Under the pieces are notes generated by a model. It had not been told where the DNA came from. It did not search any database and saw nothing but the letters and a program-made list of their open reading frames with translations. The position numbers and the translations under genes were made by a program. Positions 26,390 through 37,819 of a stretch of 64,000 nucleotides of DNA are shown here, one piece after another (positions within the stretch are counted from its first letter, which is position 1; every line of letters begins with the position of its first letter). Origin of the DNA: Azolla caroliniana (lineage: Eukaryota > Plantae > Polypodiophyta); contig JBHGNT010000001.1 in the NCBI GenBank assembly GCA_043228905.1, positions 4,278,001 to 4,342,000 of the forward strand, written 5' to 3'.

Positions 26390-28898
26390 ATGAAGATATA
26401 TAGGATGATGTCTTGCTTTGTGACGTCTTTCATCTTAACATTTTCTATAGTGGGTAAGTATTTCTTATGTTGTCGTGTTTGTGTTTGGAGTTGGATAGAG
26501 TGAGTGGCCATGCTTGATCTCATAGTATGTATCATTATGTTGCAGAGGGAATACTTACTAATGGTGAGAAACCATATGAAGCATTATTTGTATTTGGAGA
26601 CTCTTATGCAGATACAGGAAATACCGATAAATTCGATTTCACAGTTAACTTTATAGGCGTGAAAAACAATGTAGCTTGGCGCAAACCTTATGGCAAAACT
26701 TGGCCAGGCACCCCCACTGGGAGATTCTCAGATGGAATGATCTTCATTGATTTTCTTGGTAACCACATTAGTTTATTTTTTCTTGCATAAGCATTCATGA
26801 TGTAGGTTGCCAATCACTACACTTTTTGAAATACTTTCCAAAATTTATAAAGATTAATGCTTGTTAATTGCATCATATTGTAGAGTTTACAATTGAATAC
26901 CTAAAGCTTTACGACTTTATCGTAAGCTTTTGTTCATGAAATTATACAAATTATAGTGACAAAAAAAGAATCTTTTGAAGGATGTCCATTTAATAAATTG
27001 TTTAAAAGACTAATCCAAATACTATGACTAAACCAACTTCATGTTTACATTGTTTTGGATGTTTGCCACCAAGATCCTTCAAGTCATCCTTTGTCTCCAA
27101 ACTTCCAACTATGAGGAATCAACATGTTCTCTAATGCATTGAATACTATTGATTACTATCAAAATCTTAAGATCAAAGAATACTTCATGGCATATATACT
27201 TGCCAAGAAACCATTCACACTTTTCCCCATTACATCTCCATGCCAATATTATTTGATTACAACCAAAATCTTAAGCCTCAACTTGACTTCTAGATCGCCA
27301 ATTTGGTAGATATGACAATTTATAAAACATGTCTAGGACGTGGAATAGTGTAATTGTAAACATGAACAAAATGTTGACTATCATTTACATTTGGTGTTCG
27401 CTTCAATGTCTAGAACTAATCTATTTTGATGGGAAACAACATTATTCAGGCAAACATTATTGAACAAACTCATTGTCATAAATTCTGTGCACAATTATTG
27501 AATATGATGCAGCTTCCCATCTCAATGTATCATCTCCAATTCCTTATAGAAAAATAAGGTCTTGTGTTCGTAATGTGAATTTTGGGATCAATTTTGCATA
27601 TGGAGGAACTGGTGTACTTTCTCCAATGAGTCCCAATTTCCTTAAGGTTAGTGCCCAAGTTCAACAACTGCAAGATCTTGTCAATAAGGGAGTCGTATCA
27701 TCAAATCTCTTAAAATCATCCATAGCCACCCTTGTGGTCGGTACCGAGTATTTGGTGTTTCTCGCCACAAATCCTAATTCTTCAGTAAGAATGTTACTTT
27801 TATTTGTGAAATATGGGAATATACTTAACAAAATATCATGACAATCTATGTTTATGCTAATATATTCTTGACAGGTGAGTACATTCATTCCAAATGTGAT
27901 AAATCAAATTGGCATTGATTTAGAAGCACTATATCAATTCGGATTTGCTGCAATAGCAATGACAAATCTAGAACCAATTGGTTGCTTACCATTCTTCACA
28001 TTTTCCAATGATTACACTTATTGCATTGAGACGTTGAATTCGGAAATAAGCATTCCTCACAACATACAACTCACAAACAAAGTAGCATCTCTACAATTCA
28101 GTCACATTAACACCAAGTTCATCCTCATAGACTTATACAATGCATTTATTGTCAGCAAAGGTAATAAATATAATCTAGAATTGAAAACCTTGATTTTGAT
28201 CATTGGAAGAGAGAGACTGTAGTGTGCCTTGTTACCATCGTCATATCATGAATTTCAAATGAATTTGTTCTTTTATCATACTTATCCATATAGGTTCTCT
28301 ATTGAGGCATGCATTTTAATATGGAGTAAGTGATGTGTTAAAGACCTTTGGCTCTTAGAAGAATGGACAACTATATATATAATTGTGTTTAATAAATATG
28401 CACACCACTTGTCCGGTGCACATGATAATGTTTTCTCGCTTTATTTCACAAAAGGGGTATAGGGGTCTCCATACATCTAGTTTCTCATAGAGGTGTTGTG
28501 AGATGTTGCTAAAGACGACACTTTCATGATAATGTAGAACTTCCAGTTTGTTCATAATTAATTCTTGAACAATTGTTTAAAATTCTCTCGCGCAAACATT
28601 GGGTTTGAGATTTACATTAGGTTACTTGTTTAAATACAATGGCATGGAATTTTGAAAGTGAAGTAGCTTAGAAGCTTTTCATATGTTGTTTCTCTATGCA
28701 GGTATTACAAACCTACAACTAGAACCATGTTGTCAAGGAATTAATGGCACCAGTTGTGGAGACGTTAATAGTTATGGGGAACCTCTATACACATTGTGTC
28801 CTTCACCGAAACGATTATTTTATTGGGATAATTTTCATCCTTCAAATGTTGGATGGGTAGGAATCTCGAATGTGGCACTAAATTTAACATGGTTTTAA
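26390..28898 (+). CDS. GDSL/SGNH esterase-lipase (GDSL-1), signal peptide, 5 exons, ~343 aa
   Basis: Exons 26390-26453, 26546-26758, 27513-27784, 27875-28160, 28702-28898 (1032 nt). LFVFGDSYADTGN, PYGKTWPGTPTGRFSDG, NFAYGG, LEPIGCLP, FYWDNFHPS. The start could instead be 26405 or 26408. Confidence 0.92.
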
Positions 28899-30774
28899 AA
28901 CCTCCCATAGGGTTATAAGTGCTTGAGATGTGCATGATTGCAATAATTCTCCAGGGACACATGTAAAGCTACTCCAAAATAACTCTTCAAGATAAGCCAT
29001 ATCTGCATGTAACTATGTGGTTCACCATATTTGTGTTTGTTTATTTTCTATGAAAGTATACATAGATTGACTTCCATTACCTAGTTTCATGGAGCATTAC
29101 ATGAAACATTTAGATAAATGAGGGACACTAAGCAAGGTATGTGGTAAGATCTTCAAATGAACCTTGCTAGTATTGGTTAGAAATGTGACTTTTCTTAGCA
29201 AAATTATTATTACAAATGTAAAATCCTTACAAAAAATGTGCAGCTTACAACTAGATGATTATAAAGATCATTTGGCTAACAAAAGTATATAGACAAGAAG
29301 TTGAGGACTTTGTGATAAATGATGCATGATCACCATTTTGTTTGATTGACCTTTCAAATGGGTGAATTGTATTTAGGAGGAAACGAGTTGTTTTGCAAAT
29401 TCTATCCGTGGAGACTTGAATATGAAGCTTTCCACATAACAATGCATAAGCTTTAGCAATATGTTTATATGGGAGGGACTCAGGGAGATTTAGAAAAATA
29501 CCCCTTGTATATTAAGTGAAATATCAATTCGACCTTTTCTTTTTCCTCTAAAGAGATACGCCTTGGTATTATAAAACCATTAGAAATAGAAAAGTTTTGT
29601 TGGATAAAGGAGTATCAACAGACTCCATTGTGCTCACATCATAGCCGATTTGATTTATGTACACCATATCTCCCTGATTTTTATGGTCTACTGCTCCCAA
29701 ACTGTAACTAAGCATGTAATGTAACCTATACCACCAACATTTGTATCAACTGAGTCCATAAACAAAGTTAGTAGACATTGTTTCCCAAAATGACAAGAAC
29801 AATATACATCCATATTATGTGATCTCCATCTTCCCTAAAAATGAGCATTGAATCCCATAACCTTTTAAAATGCATTTGCTTCCTGAAAGTGGCATTAGCA
29901 TTGCCTGTTAAACTTTTGCACCTCGTAGAAATATTGCTCATATAAACTTCATCCGTGCGAAAAAACAAAGTGTAGAGAAGTTAATGCAATTTAGTGAAAA
30001 TACGGTTGCAACCAACCACAATTTCATTCTCTCTCTCTCTCTCTCTCTAAATAGTAATGTGTTAATTAGGTAAGTCAAATTACAATAAGATGACTATGAT
30101 ATCCTATAGGGTCACCAAAAAATCAATCCATGAGTGTTCTCATGACATCCCTCATCTCTATCTAGATGCATCCATCGTTATTGGGCTATACAGTCCCAAG
30201 TGCTAAATGTCAATGCAAATGACGCACATATGATGCCCCACCATCTTATAGATCTATATTTCCTCCTCAAACAACTCCCGGAAGTTTGCAATAAGGAAAA
30301 TTGCCATAGCAATATGTCTTTTAACTGTTGAGCCTATCTTTCAACCCCATATTGAGCGTAAAAAGCAAAGGTATTCGTATCTGCCACTTATGCCATAGTC
30401 CCCAATCCGTAGATACTCAAATGCTATCTCAAAATGTGGAGATGGCATTTCTCGATTGTACACAACCAAACACCCATTGAAACAGATCTTTCAACACTCT
30501 GCTTATAGAAGCCCACACTATGCATATAAAATTCCAGATAACCCTTGCCACTAGACAATTGATAATTCGATGCCGTAAATGTTCTTATGGAATTGTGCAA
30601 AAACAAACACATTCAAGAAGCAATACTTCGCCTTTCCAAACTATAACCCACCCACAATGACCTTACAAATAAGTACCTACATGGTTTTCAAAGGAAGTCT
30701 GAAGATGAGATTGCCACACACTATTTGTACCACACTTTGCCACCACGCCCAGGTATACTTATCAATTAGCGAAA

Positions 30775-31660
30775 AGTAAATAAATAAATAAAAATCAAAG
30801 AGTAAATAAATCATAAATATTGTGGTGTCCCTTTCATTTTTATGTGCATTTCACAATATCAATACGTTAATAAATAAACAAACAAAAGAAACAAATTAAA
30901 ATCAAGGAGTAAATAAATAAACAAAAATCAAAGAGGAAATATGTAAATATATAAATAAAAATCCACGAGTAAATAAAATAAAATAAATAAAATAAATAAA
31001 TAAAATAAAATAAATAAATAAAATAAATAAATAAAATAAATAAATAAAATAAATAAATAAAATAAATAAATAAATAAATAAATAAAAGAAGGAGATATGA
31101 ATGAATGAATGAATAAAAAAAGAGAATAAAAGACGGAGATATCAATGAAGGAAGGAATGAATGAATAAATAAAAGGGAAAAGTACCAGGATACCCTTGGA
31201 TGTTCGTCTATTTACCAGAATGCCCCTGGAAGTTTCAAATTTATCAAACTATTCCTATGTCCAAAAAATTAAACTTTATAAAGTAATTATACACTCAAAT
31301 ATTTGGTAAATAGGGCTAGTTCGAGTTGTATAATTATTTTATAAAGTATAATTTTTTGGACATAGGGGTAATTTGGTAAATTTGGAACTTTCAGGGGTAT
31401 TCTGGTAAATAGACGAACTTCCAAAGGGGTATCCCGGTACTTTTCCCTAAATAAAAATCAAAAGAGGAAATATGTAAATATATAATTTTATAGAAATAAA
31501 TAAAGAGAATAAAAGACGGAGATATGAACGAAGGAATGGATGAATAGATAAATAAATATAAATGAAATAAATAAATATAAATGAAATAAATAAATATAAA
31601 TGAAATAAATAAATATAAATGAAATAAATAAATAAAAATGAAATAAATAGAATTAAGAGA
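30775..31660. repeat. (AAAT)n-rich low-complexity tract, internally duplicated
   Basis: AAAT/AAAAT arrays; aaatcaaa(a)gaggaaatatgtaaatatataa and agagaataaaagacggagatat occur on both sides of the MITE. Confidence 0.85.
31175..31447. mobile_element. Mutator-like fold-back MITE, 273 bp, 9-bp TSD
   Basis: Starts gggaaaagtacc and ends ggtacttttccc; imperfect TIRs of ~120 bp; TSD taaataaaa at 31166-31174 and 31448-31456. Confidence 0.88.
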
Positions 31661-31704
31661 AGAATAGGTTCTGAGTGGGATTTGATGATGATGGGAGGGA
31701 GGGA

Positions 31705-31992
31705 GGAGAGGGAGGGCGTGTGAATCTCTCACATGACGCTTGGCAGCTCCATCGCCCATCGCCATCACCTGACTCTTACCTCACTCAGGGAGAGGGAGGG
31801 CGTGTGAATCTCTCACATGACGCTTGGCAGCTCCATCGCCCATCGCCATCACCTGACTCTTACCTCACTCAGTCTCTCTCGCCCATCGCCCATCGCCCAT
31901 CGCCATCGCCCATCGCCATCGCTCATATCCCATCGCCCATATCCCATCGCCCATATCCCATCGCCCATCGCCCATCGCCATCGCCATCGCCC
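31705..31992. repeat. 84-bp perfect tandem duplication followed by a (CGCCCAT/CGCCAT)n minisatellite
   Basis: ggagagggagggcgtgtgaatc... at 31705 and 31789; 6-7-mer repeats at 31880-31992. Confidence 0.9.
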
Positions 31993-32012
31993 TTCTGTTT
32001 CTATCTCCAACA

Positions 32013-32445
32013 ATGCCATCTCTTAACTCTCCTCCTCCTCCTCCTCCTCCTCCCCACGATCATCATCAACACAGCAGGTTCCTTAATCCGCTCAGAGATC
32101 CATCCATGCAACGCCACATGGAGCGGATCTGTACCCACCACCACCACCACCACCACCCTACCTCTTCCTCCTCCTCTGCGTCTCTCCATGGATTCCTTCT
32201 CCCTTCTTACACTGCAGCTCTTGCCTCACTTGCTGAAGCCCAGGGCTCTGCACCTCCCAGGATCCCTCATTTTAGTGTTGCTAACCCTCCCGCTCATCCG
32301 CCTAATTCTTACAAGTATGACTTTGCGCATATCACACATTTTCCATCTTCTTCTTCTTCTTCCTTAATCAAATCTGTCAAAAGGAATTCTTATAACTCAC
32401 GGCGGATCAAGACTCTGCATTCTCGACATGCCAGTCATACTTCAG
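32013..32445 (+). CDS. Candidate first coding exon of the Ppx/GppA gene (Pro/His/Ser-rich, 144 codons + 1 nt)
   Basis: aacaATG context; donor CAG|GTAAG at 32446; phase 1 matches acceptor tgtcag|GT at 33078/33079 and is in frame with the Ppx ORF; CTAAC ~22 nt before the acceptor. Confidence 0.5.
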
Positions 32446-32578
32446 GTAAGAAGACCAAGCTTAACCAAAAAATAAAAAAAGAAAGCCGAGTTTTTTTTTT
32501 GGTTAGAAATCAAACAGCATAAATTTTACTATTTTTGGAAAATAAAAAGGGTTTATTTCGTGAACACCAAGAAAAACA

Positions 32579-32679
32579 CAAACACAAACATGGGCAGCTT
32601 TCCTTGAAGCTGATAAAAATTTGAAACATAGCCCAATTTTTTTATCAGCTTCAAGGAAAGCTGCCCATGTTTGTGTTTG
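32579..32679. repeat. Perfect 41-bp inverted repeat with a 19-nt loop
   Basis: 32579-32619 is the exact reverse complement of 32639-32679. Confidence 0.95.
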
Positions 32680-33071
32680 AAAAAGCTAAAAGGTTGTCCA
32701 GAAGGAGAAATGAAATCTTTGTCAAAAACTAAAAGAAAAAAATGGGTTGTAACTTGTGACCTGATTCCATCTGTCTGTGAAGTAAATTAACCATTGAAAT
32801 CTTCTCTCTCTTTGTGAATTAAAAAAAACCTTACTGTCTTGGAATTTCCATCTGTAAGTAAAACCTAATGCACTGGAATATTCCATCTGTCTGTGAAGTA
32901 AAACTCCAATGTGTTATTGTTGGAACAACCTCTATAAAGTATGTGACGTAAATATTAAAACTCAAATATATTGCAATCTCAATGAAAGATATAAGAACCC
33001 TAATATATATTGCAAGTTGCAACATTCTATGTCAATGAAGGAAAAGTAAACCCTAACAAACACACACATAT

Positions 33072-35954
33072 ATGTCAGGTCCTAATTCATCGGAGCCCAT
33101 AGTGGTGGCAGTGGTGGATATTGGCACCAGCACATTTCACATCACTGTGGCCAAAGCAGAGGCCAATGGTGACTTCCACATCATGGATTCCGAAAAGGAG
33201 AATGTCCACCTTGGGGGCCTCATCACAGCAGATGCTGAGGCAAGAGCATTTGAAACAATGGAAAGATTCATTGCATTAGCATCTGCGTATGGTGCTTCTC
33301 TTCGGGTCGTCGCCACATCAGCGATCAGAGATGCGGGGAACAGGGGGGCATTTCTCAGCAACATGCTTCACAAGATAGGTATAGAAGTTGAGGTTCTTAC
33401 CGATGAAGAAGAAGCATGCTTGATCTATCGCGGTGTCTTGAGAGCATTGCCTGTATATCACAAGATCGTGCTTGTTATCGACATTCGAGGAGGATCTACA
33501 GAGTTTGTGATTGGTAAAGAAGGGAGGCTCATATATGCTGCATCGATTAAGCTAGGGCATGCACGAATCGATGATCTATTTCATGCAAGTGTTGGTAGTA
33601 GTGATGTAGTTGGAAAATCCCAGCTTGAACAAATCAGAGAGTATGTCTGTGATGTGTTGAAGGAATCCGGAATCGTGGATCATGTGAGAACTGCTGGATG
33701 TGAGGTTGTTGTGGGTAGCTCTAGCACGATCGGAAGCCTTGAGCAAATAATCAATCATGCACATTCAGGTAGTTATGCTACTTTATTAATAGCTGAACAA
33801 GCACATCTCGGTGTATCGGTGTATCGGGAAAGGGAATTTACTAAGGATGAACTAGCAGGGATTGTTCAACAACTTTGCAAGGCAAAGAATAATGAGCATA
33901 GGGCTAAAGCATTTGGGAAAAGAGCAGAGACCTTGGTTGGAGGTGCTTTACTGCTAGAAGAGATATTTAAAGCTCTGAGTATTCATAAAATGAAGGTTCT
34001 GCCTTCTGCTCTAAGGGAAGGGGTTATTGTAGATACATTAGTGAAGATTTTCCCGAGATATGAGGTTTCGCCAATCATTAGATGGAACTCTGTAATCCGA
34101 TTGGCGAAAAAATTCTACAGCGAAGAGACTTTTTTTGCTGCCAGACATTCTGCACAACTAGCTGCGGTAAGGCTGAACAAAATAAAGATTTTTTTTTAAA
34201 ACCATTCCAAATGTCCATTTATATATGCTAGAATCTTTGGAAGTAAATGGAGGAGAATTTTAAAATAATGGATACTATGCATATATGCAGGATATCCTAG
34301 CTGGTTTAAAGGCAAGCTCTTCTACAGCAGATCCTAGTTATGTCTCGGAGGTTGTCTGTCTTTTGGAAGATTCTGATGCAGAAATGTTGAAAGCTTCAGC
34401 CACACTGCATGCGATTGGCATGGCCATTGGTTTTAGGGACTATAATCATCATTCTAATTATTTGATCAAGGTTGCTTTTCATCCCATAATTTCTCAGTGT
34501 GAAAATAATCTATTTTGGAAAAAAATAAACGGTGACATTGTTTCTTTTTTTCTGGTGTTATTTCTATGTGAAGTGAAGTGCAGAACAATGACATTCTTGT
34601 TGGCTACAGCCCTATGGAAGTGGAGGTGAGACACAGTAAAATACGCATGTAATACAAATACAACACATGCATTTATCTTTTTTCATTGTTCTTCTTTCTT
34701 AAAGCCCTTTTTCAGATCTCCTGCCCTGAAGAAACTTGTATCAAACTTTTGTCGGTCACATTTGTTAATATGTATGCTTAACGCAATTTGCTTGGTGGGA
34801 ATAAGTTGCAAAATATAGCAAAAAGGTCTAGCAATTATGCGCTAACAAATTTGTTTGTTCTTTATTTCCAGATAATGGCATTGCTTGTGAAGTACCATAG
34901 GAAGAAGGTTCTCAGTAAGAAGGATGAAGAATTTGCTCAGCTTCCTCCAGAGGTATAAGGGTTAAACCAACATTCCCAATCCACTGCTATATAACCTCAA
35001 AATATGCATGATTTGATCTGATTCATTCTACTTCCAATACCAGGTACAAACGAGAACTCAGGCATTGTGCGCGATCATTCGTGTTGCCGTTGCTCTAAAT
35101 AGATGTCATAATAATGCTGTTAAAGCCGTGCATCTGATCCAAGATGGTGAAAAATGTGTTCTGGTAAGAGATATTATTCTATCAGTCTCTCGATCATGTA
35201 TTCGCAGTAATTTTTTGACGTAGAGAAACTAAACATAGTGAGTGACGATTAAAAAACTAAATGCACATTCAGGTGGCCATACCATCCTTGGATTCATTGG
35301 ATTCGTCGACCCAAGAGCTTCGTGACATTTCTCTTGAGCTGTGGGCTGCACAAGATAAGCTTGATCTTTTCCAAAAGGTACTCTATATAAAAAATAAATA
35401 TGGATGCTCAAACTAATGGAACAGTGAGTTAATATTAACAAAAGGGGGTAGATTTGTATTATGTTTGTTTTAAGCTTGAATTAGGGTTAGGCAAGATGAA
35501 GGACACACACACACACACACACACAAGTATTGGGACTCTTGAGATGAAGGTATGTCTGTGCTTTTCAGGTTTTTTCTTCAAAAATGCAATGCCATTAGTT
35601 AGTGTTAGCTATGACTTCTTATCGGTTATTGATTTCTCTAGTCTCGTGCACATGAAATCCTTTAAAGTTCCACCTGTTTTCTTTGTTGTTGTCATGATTT
35701 AGAGGTTGAAACGACGGCGCTCGCCCTATATTAAAAGGGTTTTTTGAGATGGTCCTTGAGAGAATTTTTGGATTAAGCCCTTTTTGAGTTTTGAGAACTA
35801 GGCCTAGATATGGAACAAAGAAAATATGGTTGTGTTAGAGAGCACTATTAAGCAAGGTTCTTTTTTTCAGGTTTTTAAATGTAGCTCATCGATTGCCGCA
35901 GCTGATCATGATGATGAAACTTCGTTCAACATTGATCGAGCATCTTTGAGATAA
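33072..35954 (+). CDS. Ppx/GppA-family exopolyphosphatase / pppGpp phosphohydrolase-like protein (ASKHA domain + HD-like C-terminus), ~568 aa from this ATG
   Basis: Exons 33072-34166, 34291-34470, 34584-34625, 34872-34952, 35044-35163, 35273-35377, 35871-35954 (1707 nt). Motifs VVDIGTST, VATSAIRDAGN, EEEA.LIY.GV, DIRGGSTE, ALREG, LHAIG..I...YNHHSNYLI, KYHRK. The last exon is less certain (alternative acceptor at 35568). Confidence 0.88.
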
Positions 35955-37819
35955 ACATTTCAGCGGATGTTAGAGAAGGCACACATATGCATATTGCGTG
36001 AGTGTACATATACATACATTTACCAGCTCTTATTCTTGATCTTTGAGGTCTAGCACAAAACAGTTGGAAGGCATGCATTGGAAACTGCAAAAGAGATTGG
36101 TAATGACTTGTTATGTGCTTCGTTTCAAATGCAACTATTTGTACATATAGATGATTTTGTATGGTTTAGAAAGTTCTGTGAACCAAATTGGCCGAGCTGT
36201 GCAATCTTCTCGCGAACATTTTTGAACCATTGTAACAGGCCAATCACTTGAGTGATTTTAGTGCCTAGCTTGAAATTGTGAAAATTCTTTCAACTTGAAT
36301 TGTTCCATAATGACATGATCCGAGTCAAAAAGTGATAACGTGATCTCCCATGAATAAACATGGCAGTTGCAAGCATAACTACATATCATTGGCTAAAATG
36401 TCATGAAGAATATCATTATAATTTATCATGTTACGAACGTGCTAAAAAGGATTGACATGTGTTTAGGCGCATACATTTGTTGTATTTTACAAGATATCGT
36501 TATTGAATTTTAAATTGTGCCTCCTTAGTTTGTAATCCATGGTATCCACATGCAAGTTACCTCCTTCGTTAACCTGAGGTTGTGGCTTTATCATAATCTC
36601 CATGAATCCAACTATACTCGTATATATTTTCAACTAGTGTCAAAAAGTAGATCATAGTATGTGCCACGAAGAAACTAAATGAAGTGAATCTTGCTACAAT
36701 GCACACATTGATCATTTCACAATACCCAACAATGTCACATCAAATGTAGTATATCAATTTCTAAATTGAATTGCCAACTCACAATAATGAGCTCATTAAT
36801 CCAATGTGGATGGATTTCCCAAATACATTGTATGCAAAATGAGTGTTTAATATATGGGACGAAGAAGTAAATGTTACCCATCTATGTAAAGTGTACCAAT
36901 CAACCCATTTATCATTGAATTTAGAGTAAACAATGACTTTGTTTCTTTCGAAGTCACTCATACGACGAGGGTGTTGTACACCATACAACCCTAATCAAGA
37001 GGAGAAGTTGGTAGCTTCTATGAGTTGTAAGAGATCAATTAATAGTTTGAACAAGATAAACGGATGGATGCAAGTGCACAAAAATATCTAGAGACATGGA
37101 GTTGTTTTTCTTTTTCCAAAACAAAATATCCTTCCATTAGTTTTAAAAAACCTATCAAGTACAAACTACAAAAGAGATGAAAAAGAAGAGGAAAAAGGAC
37201 TATCCCAATGACTAGCCATGGATCCTGCCGCCTACTTTCATCATACCAGAAAATGACATCATAATAATTAGACACCTTATAGAGGCCTTCAAGGATAGAG
37301 TTGTATAGCATTTTCATTCTTATCCTACTCAATATATCCCAATAACATGGCAAGCCGTTGTATCATATCTCCTCGAATCATATGTGATAAATGGCGACCT
37401 TCAACTTGCCTTCATTACATAAGACTTTGCAAGTATAATTATTCGTGATCGCTCCAACATGTATGCTATCACCTTAAAACCGTAGGTCCAATTGAAGCTT
37501 CAACCATTGCTTCACAACGTATTGTATATCCTAAGCAAACAAGCTTCCAACCTGGTTCTATATTCCCTCCATTATCTTGAAACTACCTCGTATACATGAA
37601 GACAATGAACCACTTGTATGCTCACACAACTTAGGAGAACCATAGCATGCAGAACATTCTTTAAATTACATCGTTTTGCCACATCCAGTCCTTGTTGGAA
37701 ATGAAAACCTTGATCCTTCCTATTAACATTACTTTCGTGACCATCCTAAGGATCACCCATTTCTTTCCACCAGCAATAAATTCTCAAACTGTGCTCATGC
37801 TTCAATTGTTGCTCCACCT

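Noticed and set aside
29250-30760. Possible further PPR-like remnants (e.g. ELCKNKHIQEAIL)
   Set aside because: Too degenerate to support without an HMM search
30867-31768. F/I/Y/L-rich 'membrane protein' ORFs
   Set aside because: Translations of (TTTA)n low-complexity DNA
31675-32367. 230-aa ORF with PSPSP repeats and poly-Leu
   Set aside because: Non-ATG start, built from the 84-bp duplication and microsatellites; the overlapping 32013 frame has the better start and splice support
33072-34199. Bacterial contamination or recent HGT of ppx/gppA
   Set aside because: The ORF continues through six GT-AG introns in plant sequence, and the family is already known in land plants
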